Shown here: positions 1-12,522 of the stretch, one piece after another | Layout of the letters: the number at the start of each line of letters is the position of its first letter | Numbering within the stretch: position 1 is the first letter of the stretch | Program-made: the position numbers and the translations under genes | Assembly (NCBI GenBank): GCA_030390025.1 | Contig: CM059431.1 | Coordinates: forward strand, 132,744,001 to 132,808,000 | Direction: 5' to 3' | Length of the DNA: 64,000 nucleotides | DNA from: Squalus acanthias | Taxonomy: Eukaryota | Notes under the pieces: generated by a model | Told to the model about the DNA's origin: nothing | Database searches by the model: none | What the model saw: the letters and a program-made list of their open reading frames with translations, nothing else

Positions 1-230
<230 letters not shown>

Positions 231-1841
231 TAAAAGTTAGTTGGATGATTCATATCCCTGTGGCCAATACATAAATTCAAATAAAATGGAAAGAAATCAT
301 GTACCTTTGAGGAAAACATTAACAATGATTTAAGATTAATTCAGTACATACCATAGTTCCTAATTTACTCATATAACATTGCTTAAATCAGTGATTGGAC
401 ACTAATCATCCTTAACATTATCCTAATATATTTTTAAGCACATTTACTCTAGAGGAGCTTGAGATGGTACTTTTGCCTCCCTCATAATGGCAATACTAGG
501 GAGCTATGCAAGAGACAGTGTCAGTTAGGAGAGGAACATTGTGGGGCACAGCACTTTCAAATATAGGGAATCTTTAAGAACATGGAATTCTACCCATAAT
601 TACCAACAATGTAATGTCACTGTATAAGACACAGGACAGAAGCCAAGTCCATCTCAGTAAGGAGGAATGCAAAATCAGAAGGAGTCATTCCCATGCATAG
701 AGCCCTCATACTAGTCTCTTGGCTGTAGGTAATGAGATAAATCTTTGGAGACTCTTACCAGTCGAAGTCTAACTTGATGGTAGTATGTATCAGAGAATCA
801 GGTTCGGATGTCAGTGTGAGGGATTTGCAGTGCTCCCATTTTTCCAGTCATTTCCCATCAAGCAAAAGTGCATGCTGGTAGTGGATTCTGCCAAAATTTT
901 ATGCTAATGTCTGCTGAAGGAAGGCAATATAAAAGGAATCAAAGAGGGGGAAAGGAAGGGGTAAGGTGACTCCACTTCTGTGTAGATATGACATTTGAAT
1001 ATCTATAAAATGCTAATCAGTGCTGGGCCAAATACAGTCTTCTTCACCGGGTACATTTCCAAACCTAAAACCAATTCAGGCAAAATTTTGCCCATAATGT
1101 GCTAAAACGATACAGGACATGAAGGATATACTTCAATAATAGTTCCACCATCTATACTTGGTTTTCTGAACCTAATAAATGGGTTCAAACAGTCATGTGA
1201 TTTTCCTAATTATTGATCTAAATGCTGAACTTTGCAGATTTAAAAATATAACATTGTTTTTGGCTTTTCATACTTTCAAAGATAACTTAAAATTTAACTG
1301 CAAATAAAATTCAATGAAATCTTAACCAATTCCTCTGTAATGGAAATGTATGAAAGTAATGCTATCTCTGGCAATTCTGAAAGGGGAATGTTTGATTTGA
1401 TGCCCACAGAAGAGTCCAAAGGTTAAAATAATAATAGCTTGAGGCATCCAGTTGTAAACAATGAACAAAAGTAATAAGATCAGTTGGACCAAATGCCCTG
1501 TTTCTGGGCTATATATTCTATGTAATACGTTTCTTTCATTGTTGTTGCAAGATTGAGCATGGTATGCTTTATAGAAAGACAGTTTAATTAGTGAAGTGTT
1601 AGAAGATTGCGATTTTTCACATATTTGCAGAATGCTCGGAATAAAAAGGTGTGATTAGTTTTGGGCTGTTCTAGCAAAGAGTTGGTACCAATGTGCTGGG
1701 CCAAATGGTCTCATTCTATGCTGTAAATTCTATATTATTCTCAACAAGCTCTATGGTTGTAAAAAAAACTTGATTTTGTCATCAAAATCAAATAAATGTA
1801 GAGAATCATTTTTCTATATATCTTTTCAGTTAAATTTTATA

Positions 1842-2520
1842 GGGCTAGAAATTCAGTGCCTTAGCGCCTCCTGTTAGCATCTCCGGGGGGGCTAACGAGA
1901 CACTAAGGACCTACCGCAGTAATATTACCGCCGCCCGCGAAATTCACGTGGCGGTTTGCGGCGGCGGTAACCCCTAGCGCCACAATCTCCTGCGCCCAGA
2001 GATCGTGACGTCATCCGGCTGCACATCGCCCCGGTAGTGCCCCAGATCCGAAATTCATTTCCGCCCCCTGCAGCATCGCCGGGTGATGACACTGACAGCT
2101 GCAGGAGGTGTTGATCAGGAGACTGGGCGCTTCGGTGGCCGAGGTAGGTTAAAAAGAAATCTGAAATCCTCTTTGCTATAGATCAGCCCGGCACTCTGCT
2201 GCAGTGCATCGGGCTGATCGGGCCACATCGCAGCTGCCGTCGGGGACCAGGTAAGTTTTTTCCTTGCAGAACCTGCAGCGATGGCCCTTCCCTTTAAGGG
2301 AGGGAAGGAGCCTTCCAATGTGCAGCGCTGCACAACTTCTGCCCCGCCCGCTGCCTGTTGTGCACCAGGAATGAAGTGGAGCACTTGATTTAGCGCTCCA
2401 CTTCCTTCCTGGAGCACAAAACCGAATTTTTTTTAAGTTGAGAAACATTAGCGCCTGGCACTAATTTTCTCAACTTTTAAAAGTTAGCGCCCCAAACCGG
2501 TTATAATGAATTTCTCCCCC
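1842..2520. mobile_element. PIF/Harbinger-type MITE
   Basis: TIRs GGGCTAGAAATTCA / TGAATTTCTCCCCC. 3-bp TSD ATA at 1839-1841 and 2521-2523. GC-rich interior with repeated AGCGCC motifs. Confidence 0.85.
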
Positions 2521-3538
2521 ATAGTCTCTGATAAATCGAAACATAGATGGTAGAAAAGTGACACGTGTTAGCCTACTACGGAATCATAGAAAGTTACAGC
2601 ACAGAAACAGGCTACTCTTCCCATCAAGTTTGCACCAGTGTTTCTGTCCACGCAGACCTCCTGGCCTGCTGCTTTCTCCCCATAACCTTTAATATTCCTC
2701 TTTTTCAAAAGATTATTTATTTGCAACATGTTTACTTCAGATCATAAACCAATTGCATTCCAAAATACTTTATCAATCTTTAAGGCAGTTTTATATGCTG
2801 CTAGAGCTTTTACATTGACATTTGTCAAGTAGGCTGGCAACAACTGGAACTGTGATTCTGCTTTTGGGATACGAGCCAGATTTAGCAATGTTAATGCAGG
2901 GAGCCAGCACATGGTTGTTGGTCTCCCAGTGAAAAAAGCACAGCAGGACAATAGCATTAAACTACACTGAGTCCTGCGAATGCAAAGCCCTGCTCTCCCT
3001 TTTTTACTGTGCCTGTCTGCTGTAGTCCCTGTTGCAACGCCAATAGGAAGTACCCGACACAGTCTGAGTTACAGGGTCCCTTTATAGCATAGCATGCCAC
3101 TGGCAGCATGCTACAACATGAAAGATCAAAATCAGAGATCAACATTTCCCAGACCGCAAATCCACTGCCTGTTTTTTTTAGTCAGATCAAACCTAAATGA
3201 ATTTGTTCAGATTGTTTAATTACAAACACACAAAAATAATTTCTGATTCAGTAAACAGAAATAAAAATAAAATATAACTCTAACCTCCCCTTGAAAAGTG
3301 TTTAAGTTCACAATTCAAGGTATCCACAAGGAAAATCTCTAGTTTTCCAATGATTTATATTATCTGACCCAGGTATGTTGAAACGAGGACTAGTAGTTTT
3401 TCAATACATATTGGTCATGAAGCAATAACACAGGTTATTTCTTGACCCTTGGCTTTAAAGTATATTGTTGGTGGGTCTTTTGACGTCTTTGATGAACTGC
3501 CACCCAACACAAGAACCTCTTTCTTTTTTCTGTATTAG

Positions 3539-3616
3539 GGCTGCATCCTTTGGTTTCTCTGCCATCCAGTACTTGTAGCTGCATCGATGGTATTTGCTGA
3601 ATACCAGCGTGAGAAG
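3539..3616 (+). CDS. GPR180: GPR180 penultimate coding exon (78 nt)
   Basis: Pyrimidine tract plus TAG acceptor at 3536-3538. Encodes GCILWFLCHPVLVAASMVFAEYQREK. Donor AAG|GTATGT. Phase 0 on both sides. Confidence 0.95.
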
Positions 3617-3819
3617 GTATGTACTTGAACAAGTAGGTGACCTGAAATTCACATTGCTGGTAGAATATAGCATTTTTAATGAAAATCTATCAACAAAATT
3701 ACAGTTACAAAAGTTTTATTGCAGTTTTATTCAAAATATTACAGCCAGATTTTAACAGCAACATAATGCAATGCCTAGGGCACTATAACTAAATCCCATT
3801 CAGAAAAATTCATTTGGGA

Positions 3820-4033
3820 TCCCCTGAGGGTTCAGTTAGTATAGGCAGTGTTCAATTGAATCTTACAGACCAGAAGGTCCCTAGCTAAATTCCCAGTCGG
3901 TGCTGAGTTAGTTGACCTCAGTTGGGATGGCACTACAATCAGTGTCCGTGTTCCTGTGCTAAGGAGAGAAAAATTAGTCAGGCTTCCTGGCTAATTTTCC
4001 CAGTGAATCCCACTCCCAACCCCCAGAAACACT
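3820..4033 (+). mobile_element. Old tRNA-derived SINE (AmnSINE2-like), split by the Harbinger at 4034 and resuming at ~8494-8550
   Basis: GTGCTGAGTTAGTTGACCTCAG...CACTACAAT block. Related copies at ~14030-14430 (-), ~25280-25570 (+) and ~56470-56850 (-). Confidence 0.55.
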
Positions 4034-5886
4034 GGGCTGAATTTTGCCGGTGCTCAGAGAGCGGGTTCGGAGGCGGGTTGGCTGTCAAAATCAAAAATTA
4101 AACCCGCCTCCTTGTGAGTTTCCCTAGTGCCGGCTCTGCCTGCGCTTTGCAGACCCGGCACTAAGCGGCAGGTCATGCAATTGTGCTCATTAAGAGGGTG
4201 TTTAAAGCAATTTAATCATCATTTTCCCAGGTACAAAGCATTTTCCCAAATTTTCCACGAGGTTCCCGTCACTCGGGGATCACGCCAGGTAAGTATGTCG
4301 GGTTCTGAACAACTCTCCATTTCTTTGAATAGGTGACAGCTGCAAAAGTGGTTTAAAAGCTACCATTTTACAGCTGGTCAGTTTCCAATCTCAGAAGCTG
4401 GAGCATTAATGATTTGGAACCCACTCTTGAGCTTTATGCACTTTTGAAGTGCTTGGAGTATTCTCTCTATCCATTGTCACCTCCTTGGAACAACCTATCT
4501 CAACATTAACAGATTACTTCTGTCATCTCAACCTCACCTGCCATTTATTCCATCAGCATTGGTGCCCTTGAAAAAAAATCTCACTTTGGTCCTCAGAATC
4601 CCAACACGATTAGCCCCAACACCAGCATCAGCGGGCACACCAGCAGCACCAACATCCACGCCAACCTTCTCTGCAATCACCTGATGCTGCACTGGACACA
4701 TGGCATTATCACCCGTGCACATTGCTGCCCGGGACACCAGCGATGGCCTCACCATGTCCAGATTTGCTCCACTTAACACTGTACACCCTGGCTGCCACAT
4801 GATGCACCAGGTTGGCACCACCCCACACCAGCACCATAAAGCATCCCTACAATGTCCAAGCCATTCCTTTCACACTCATCACCATTGGGGGTGGGGGGAA
4901 CGTTATGTCTCACCATTCACTGCAACTCACGAAACCACTTCCAAAAGTGCACACAAATCTGTCCAAGAACACAAAGTGTTCAAAATAAAGATTTCAATAT
5001 TTCACAGCACATTACATAAGAACATAAGAAATAGGAGCAGGAGTAGGCCATTTGGCCCCTTGAGCCTGCTCCGCCATTCAATAGGATCATGGCTGATCTG
5101 ATCTTGGCCTCAACTCCACTTTCCTGCCCGCTCCCCATAACCCTTGACTCCCCTATAGTTCAAAAATCTGTCTATCTCCACCTTAAATATATTCAATGAC
5201 CCAGCCTCCACAGCTCTCTGGGGTAGAGAATTCCAAAGATTCACGACTCTCTGAGAGAAGAAATTCCTGCTCATCTCCATTTTAAATGGGCAACCCCTTA
5301 TTCTGAAACTATGCCCCCTATTTCTAGATTCCCCCACGAGAGGAAACATCCTCTCTGCATCTACCCTGTCAAACCCCCTCAGAATCTTATGTTTCAAAAG
5401 ATCACCTCTCATTCTTTTAAACTCCAATGAGTATAGCCCCAACCTGCTCAACCTTTCTTCATAAAATAACCCAATCATCTCAGGAATCAACCTAGTAAAC
5501 CTTCTCTGAACTGCCTCCAATGCAAGTATATCCTTCCTTAAATAAGGAGACCAAAACTGTACGCAGTACTCCAGGTGTGGTCTCACCAACGCCCTGTACA
5601 GTTACAGCAAGACTTCCCTACTTTTATACTCCATGCCCCTTGCAATAAAGACCAACATTACATTTGCCTTCCTAATTACTTGCTGTACCTGCATGCTTAC
5701 TTTTTGTGTTTCATGTACAAGGACCCCCAGATCCCTCTGTACTGCAGCATTTTGTAGTCTCTCTCTATTTAAATAATAATTTGCTTTTTTATTCTTCCTA
5801 CCAAAGTGGATAACCTCACATTTTCCCACATTATACTCCATCTGCCAAATTTTTGCCCACTCACTTAATCTCTTTGCAGATTCTTT

Positions 5887-6258
5887 GGGCTCGATTTTGC
5901 CAGGCCCGAGGAAGCGGGAATGGAGGCGTGTGGGGTGTAAAAATTGCAAAAAATGGCGGGCGGGCCTGACCCCGCCTCCGAGCAATTTTCCCAAATGCGT
6001 GGTTTCTGATCCCGTCTCCGTCCTGCCTCCAAAAGGCGGGATAGGCCCTTAAGGCCCTTAACAACCACTTAATTGCCTCTATAATCCCATTTTGAGAGGC
6101 CTTTCTGATTTTAACACTTCTCCGACGTGATGCACGCCTCCTCTGAAACACGGCGGTGAAACCTGGCGGTAGCACACTTCGATTGCTGACTATCAGTTGC
6201 AGGTCCACCATTAAGAAGGACATTTGATCAATCATCATTCTGGGGGAACTTTTAGCAG
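5887..6258. mobile_element. One end of a Harbinger-type element inside the CR1
   Basis: Starts GGGCTCGATTTTGCC, like the other Harbinger TIRs here. No second end found. Confidence 0.6.
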
Positions 6259-7017
6259 TCCTCCCCCTCCCTCCTCCACACCCCCTCCTCCTCCCCCCCC
6301 TCCTCCCCTCCTCCCCCCTCCTCCTCCTCCTCCTCCCCTCCTCCTCCACACCCCCTCCTCCTCCCCCCCTCCTCCCCTCCTCCCCCCTCCTCCTCCTCCT
6401 CCTCCCCTCCTCCTCCTCCCCTCCCCCTCCTCCTCCCCTCCTCCTCCTCCCCCTCCCCCTCCTCCTCCTCCCCTCCTCCCTCCTCCTCCCCCCTCCTCCC
6501 CCCCTCCTCCTCCCCCCTCCTCCCCCCCTCCTCCCCTCCTCCTCCCCCTCCTCCTCCTCTCCCCCCCTCCTCCTCCCCCCTCCTCCTCCTCCCCCCTCCT
6601 CCTCCTCCCCCCTCCTCCTCCTCCCCTCCTCCTCCCCCTCCCCCACCTCCTCCCCCTCCCCCACCTCCTCCCCCTCCTCCTCCTTCCCCCACCTCCCCCT
6701 CCCCCCTCCTCCTCCTCCTCCCTCCCCCTCCCCTCCTCCCTCCCTCCCCTCCCCCTCCCCCCTCCCCCTCCCTCCTCCTCCCTCCCTCCTCCTCCCTCCC
6801 TCCTCCTCCTCCCCCTCCCCCTCCCCCACCTCCCCCCTCCCTCCCCTTCCCCCCTCCTCCCTCCCTCCCTCCCTCCCCTTCCCCCCTCCTCCCTCCCTCC
6901 CTTTCCTCCTCCTCCCTCCCTCCCTTTCCTCCCTCCCTTTCCTCCCTCCCTTTCCTCCCTCCTCCTCCCCCCCCCCCCTCCCTCCTCCTCCTCCTCCTCT
7001 CCTCCCCCCCTTCCCCT
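6259..7017. repeat. ~760 bp polypyrimidine (CCT/CCCT) low-complexity tract
   Basis: Almost only C and T on the + strand. Includes a ~70-bp internal tandem duplication near 6271-6410. Confidence 0.95.
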
Positions 7018-10000
7018 ACATCTACTGGTTCACCTTTATCCACCTTGCTTGTTACATCCTCAAAGAACTCTAGAAAATTTGTCAAACACGATTGCCCTTT
7101 CATAAAACAATGCTGACTCTGCTTGATTGTATTATGATTTTATAAATGTCCCGCTACTACTTCCTTAATAATGGACTCCAGCATTTACCCAATGACAGAT
7201 GTTCGGCTAACTGGTCTATAGTTTCCTGCTTTCTGTCTCCCTCCTTTCTTGAATAGGGGTGTTACATTTGCAGTTTTCCAATCCACTGGGACCTCTCCAG
7301 AATCCAGGGAATTTTGGTATTTTGCAACCAATGCATCCACTATCTCTGCAGCCACTTCTTTTAAGACCCTAGGATGCAGACCATCAGGTCCAGGGGACTT
7401 GTCCACCTTTAGTCCCATTAGTTTGCCTAGTACTTTTTCTCTAGTGATAGTGATTGTTTTAAGTTCCTCCCTCCCTATAGCCCCTTGATTATCTATTATT
7501 ATTGGTATGCTTTTAGTGTCTTCTACCGTGAAGACCGATACAAAATATTTGTTCAAAGTGTCTGCCATTTCCCTGTTTCCCATTATTAATTCCCCAGTCT
7601 CATCCGCTAAGGGACCAATGTTTACTTTAACTACTCTCTTCCTTTTTATATACCTGTAGAAGCTCTTACTGTCTGTTTTTATATTTCTTGCTAGTTTACT
7701 CTCATAATCTATCTTTACCAGAAACTTCACATGAACATTGGCTAAACCACCCTTGTGTGTTCTTAGTTGGTATGCTTGCAGTAGGATGAGGGTGAGTGTG
7801 AGGGGTGGCTAGTGAGATGGGGAAGTGATAATGCAGATAGAGAGGGATGGGTGGAGGTGCAAGGTAAGTTGGTGTGAGTAAAGATGTGCAGGAGTATGGT
7901 AGGGAAGGCAGAGTGATGTGGATGTGATGAGTGGCACAGCAGGATGAGGTTGAGTGTGGCTTGGCAGTAACATTTCGTGATCTACTGAGATCATTGAAAG
8001 GTTTGCGCCACTGCAGCCTGGTCCTCCTGACGACATCCCTGCTTGTGCCCTCCTGTGCAATGTGCAACCAGGCTGCGTTGGTCTCCTGGGGAGGTGTCTG
8101 CTGCCCATTGGAAGGGAAGAGAACCTCCCTGCGTGCTGTGACTCCCTCCATAAGCATATGGAGGGAGTCATGGGAGAGCCTGGGTACATCCATGCACCTT
8201 TGTGCAGTGCTTGTCCGTGTTTGCAGCACTTCAATGCTTCAGAACACTGACAGCACAACTGTCAAAATCAATGTGGACATGGCCCCTTTAAGGAAACCGG
8301 CTGATAACACGTCATCAGATGATGTCATCAGACCCGCTTCCCTTTAATTAGCTGGGAACCTCGCAGGGCGGGCTTAAGAAGCCCAATCAGGGCAAAATCA
8401 CTTGGAAGATGCGTGATGAAGACGGGTGCGGAGTTTGTGGCCGCTGTCTGCTCCGGCCGCACCGGACTCGCCATGGCTGGCGAAATCGCGGCCGGTATGT
8501 GTGGATATTTGGTTAAAACAGGATTGGACTTGGCTATGATGCCCCTGCAGCTGGAAGAATGGGCCCAAGGAAACATATTCCAGCAAGATAGCAGGAGAGA
8601 AAAAATGGCAAAAAAAATTACATTAGACTGATATTTACATTACCAATTTCAGCTATAAACTAAACTGACAGTTATACTATTATCTTTATTTTGATCAGAT
8701 GGACTGTGATTCTATAGGGACTAAGTTGAAATCCAGTCCAGCCAGATGGAATAAGCTTCCTATCTGAAAAGTTGGTAAAGGCCCTTAAGTGAAAATGTTT
8801 GAGCAGATCTCAGCTCAGATCTCATTGTGGATATAGATCTACAGCTCAAAGTTTTCTGTTTTTTAGCAGTTCTACACATAGAAATAATAAAGGTAGTTGG
8901 TTTGGGAAATGCAGATTGTCACATGGGGCTGGATTTTCCCAGCGGAGGCGGGATCGCAGCGGGAGAGGTAGTTGGCAGGTCCCGCTCCCGGCTCCAGCCG
9001 CTCTGTGAAAACAATTTTGCGTGAATTGGGCTTGTTAAGCCCGCCATGCACGTTACCCGGCCCAATTACAAGGTGCGGGTCTGGTGACGTCATCTGATGA
9101 CGCGTTTGTTGCCGGTATATATGAGGGGGCCATGTCCCCATTTGCTCTCACTTGTGCAACAAGGTGCTCTCCAGCTACTTGCTAGTAGAGAAGTGCGGGT
9201 GGCCCATGACAGGGATGATGGTGGGTGGGGACATGGAAGTGGGGGCTCCTCTCCAAGCGCTCAAACTTCCACCCCCTTGCCAACCCCTCGGTCAGAGCCC
9301 CAGATGCCTCGCCGGACAGTGATGATCGAGTCTGCCCCTGCACAGCCGCAGGAGGAGCAGACTTTGGCGGGGCCCTCACAGGCTCCAAAACCCAGAGGAC
9401 AACTGCCAAAGGTGTCTAAGCAGGCACAGCAGGGAAGTGAGCAGGCTGCCTCCACCTCTGCTGAAGCCACAGAGGTAGCACCACGTAGAAGCATGTGTAA
9501 AAGAAAGATCCCACATAAATAGTCACAAGAGTAGTCACTTGGGTGATTTGCTATAAATGAATGTTAAGTTTCTGTTCTTTTACTTTGTTGTAATAAATAA
9601 CTTTTTTCTGATTGTTTGCATTCGTTGCCATATGTGTGCCCACAATTGGAAGTGGCAGAGTGAAGGGTGAGGGTGCCTTTTATGTCCAGCAATGGCGGTG
9701 ACAGTGCAAGGAATGCACAATTCATTGTAGAGATGCTCTATGGTGTTGAAGTGGGGTCATGCCAACCTTCATGCACATGTGGCAGCCACATGTCTGTGCT
9801 GCATAAAGTTAGGTGAATCTGGCACTGATTAGGCCATCCCTGGCGTTACGGGCAGCAATGTGCTCGCGTGCTGATCGCATTGGGTCAGCCGCCTCCTCCA
9901 GGTCTTCCTCATGCTGAACCTCATTCTGCTCCTCCTCTGAAGAGGCTGTTTGCTCTGCGCCTTGTTCCTCATGTAGCACTGATCCTCGCTGCGGTGCGAT

Positions 10001-10225
10001 GTTGTGCAGGGCACAGCAGACAACGACGATTCTCGAGACCCTGGCTGGTGTGTACTGAAGGGCTCCACCAGATCTGTCCAGGCATCTGAAGCGCATTTTG
10101 AGCAACCCTATTGTTTGCTCTATGAGACTTCCGGTGGAAATGTGGCTTTGATTATAACACACCTCAGACTCGTTTGATGGCCTCCTCAAAGGTGTCATCA
10201 GCCATGTCTTCAGGGGATAGCCTTT

Positions 10226-11878
10226 GGCCGCAGTTTTAATTCAGCTGAGAGGGTGGGTTTGGAGGCGGGTCGGCAGCGAAAATCGGAAAAACTGCCGGCG
10301 GCATGCGAACCCGCCTGCATCCCGCCTCCACGCTATTTTCGCAAGTGTCGGGTCAGCCACTCCCGAACTGACCCGACACCAAACGGCGGGGAAGGCAGTT
10401 AACTCCTTGTTAACTGCCTTTCTAATCCTATTTTAATGGGGGGTTTGCGATTTTGGTGCTTTTTTTCCATCTTCCCCATCTTTCAGGAAATATGCCACCT
10501 GCAATGAGTCAGGTTTCTTGAGGTCATGAATTGTTGTAAGTTGGTGCAGCAGCGTTAAAGCGCTCCTGCATCATGGCTGACATTCAAATGCCACAACTTT
10601 GTTGTTTGATGTTTTGGCAAAGATTTACCTACTCTACTGGACTTGTGAGTGTTCAAGCTGAGAGCCATCTGCAGTGTGACCTGTTTGGAGTATCCTCAGG
10701 CCACTTTGTGCGCTTGCAAGCTTCTTTCCTCAACTGAAATCTATAGCAACGGTATGGGACCCATTTTCACCCTCTCATCTTGTTCATCAGATTCTGAGGA
10801 AGAGCAGCCGCGGCAGCAGCACAACCAGCCACAACAACTGTTTGCCATCACTTTTGTTTAATGACATCACAAAAGGAGCACAATAAAACACCCAAGTGAC
10901 TACCCTTGTGACTATTTGTGTGTTAACTTCCTCTTACACGTGCTTCTACCTGGTGCTTCCTCTGTGGCTTCAGCAGATGTAGAGGCACCTTGCTCACTTT
11001 GATGCTGCGCCTGCTTAGACGCCTTTGGCGGGCGTCCTCTGGGTTTGGGAGCCTGGTAGGGCTCCTCCACAGTCTGCTCTTCCTGCAGCTGTGCAGGGGC
11101 TGAGATGGTTATCTCAGTTGGGTGAGGACTCAGTGACTCTGACCGAGGACTCCGCAGTGGCATGGGAGTGTGAGCGCTGGAGAGGAGCCCACACTTCCTT
11201 GTTGGCTGCCACCAACATCCCTCTCATGGGTCAGCCGCACTTCAGTGCTAGCAAGTGGCTGGAGAGCACCTTGCTGCACATCAGGGGGGCCATGAGAACC
11301 CGTCTCTGTTCTGACATTCCTCATAACAAGAGTGCTGGTGATGAGAAGAGTAGGGAAGCAGATTGAAGGTAACTGTGATGTGATACTCACTTTTGATGTT
11401 TGCAGAAGATCATTGAAGCGTTTTTGGCACTGTACCCAGGTGCGTGCACATACCGACCTTGTGCTTACCTCCTCAGCAATCTGATGAGGAGGCTTCCTCC
11501 GGCCATCAAGATGGAACAGAATCTCCCTGTGTCCTCTTACTCCCTGCACAAGAGCTTGCAGGGAGTCCTCAGTGAATCGGGGAGCAGCTTTGGCTTTGGC
11601 AGCACTCATGGCCACCTTGGCCTATTCAAGCTGCAGAAGCAACGATAAATGAGAGGCTGAGGCTACATGGAGCCCTTAAAACAAGTGCAAAAATGACCTC
11701 ATTAGTGCAGACCAACAGACCCGCTCCCACGCATTGCAGCAGGCAGGGCGCACGACGGGACTAATTGATCCATTAAGGCAAAATGGGACGTCGGGAGTGG
11801 CTGAAACCTGCAGCGGGTCCGAACCCCACCCACCAGGCAACCCGACTCCAAGCCGCCTCCTCCATTAAAATTGCGGCC
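10226..11878. mobile_element. Nested non-autonomous Harbinger inserted in the GDKGY codons
   Basis: TIRs GGCCGCAGTTTTAAT / ATTAAAATTGCGGCC. TSD TTT/CTT; the uninterrupted site in the second transposase copy reads GGATAGCCCTTGTC. Confidence 0.9.
11391..11609 (-). pseudogene. First exon of the Harbinger Myb/SANT-like DNA-binding protein gene
   Basis: Encodes MSAAKAKAAPRFTEDSLQALVQGV...IAEEVSTRSVCARTWVQCQKRFNDL. Followed by a GTGAGT donor at 11390-11385. Confidence 0.8.
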
Positions 11879-12335
11879 CTTGTCTCCAAAGGAGCCAGCC
11901 AGGAAGTTCATTTGGCGGTGCGAAGAGCTGAGGGACAGTGGACTGCCGCAGGATGTAAGAGTCATGGCAGCTGCCAGGGAACTTGCTGCACACATGCATG
12001 ATGCTCTTCCTATGGTTGCACACAAGCTGCACGTTAAGGGAGTGGAAGCCCTTGCGGTTGACAAATGCTGCTGGGCTCTGATGGGGTGCCCTGATGGCCA
12101 CATGTGTGCAGTCGATGACGCCCTGCACCCGTGGGAAGCCAGCCAGATTGACAAAGCCGAGCGTCCGCTCGGTAACACTGGCTTCATCAGTGGAAAAGTG
12201 GATGTAATTGGCAGACTTGTCAAAGAGGCCATCGGTGACCTGCGTAATGCATCTGTGGGCGGCCGACTGGGAGATGCCGCTAATGTCTGCTGCAGATCCC
12301 TGGAAGGACCCTGACGCAAAGAAGTTGAGTGCAGT

Positions 12336-12522
12336 ATAACAACAGAAAACGCTGGAAAAACTCAGCAGGCCAGGCAACATCCGTGGAGAGAGAAAGAGAG
12401 TTAACGTTTCAGGTCGAAACCCTTCGTCGGAACTGAGAGAGCAAGAAATAAACAGATAAAAATGCAAGGGGGAGGCTGGGGGGAGGAATAAAAGAACAAA
12501 AGGGATGGTCTTTAGTGAGTAG
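12336..12522 (-). mobile_element. Penelope-like pLTR fragment inserted in the transposase
   Basis: 16-bp TSD AGAAGTTGAGTGCAGT at 12320-12335 and 12523-12538. Homologous to the pLTR of the GIY-YIG element at 47234-48028. Confidence 0.85.

Larger units (their letters stand above)
5015..7718 (-). mobile_element. 5'-truncated CR1 LINE, part of the RT core replaced by an insert
   Basis: ORF2 pieces ([32 protein letters not shown]) and the CR1 3' microsatellite tail at 5015. Confidence 0.9.
4034..8493 (+). mobile_element. Non-autonomous Harbinger derivative (transposase and Myb/SANT gene remnants), interrupted by a CR1
   Basis: TIR-like ends GGGCTGAATTTTGCC / GGCGAAATCGCGGCC. Colinear with the copy at 22101-23855 once 5015-7718 is removed. 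Myb-like remnant (PRLSHDSL...WRKPFNDL) on the - strand at ~7960-8200. No clean TSD. Confidence 0.8.

Noticed and set aside
5861..7105. Long poly-Pro (+) and Gly/Glu/Arg-rich (-) ORFs of 283-322 aa
   Set aside because: A C/T-only tract lacks stop codons in all frames. No splice or homology support.
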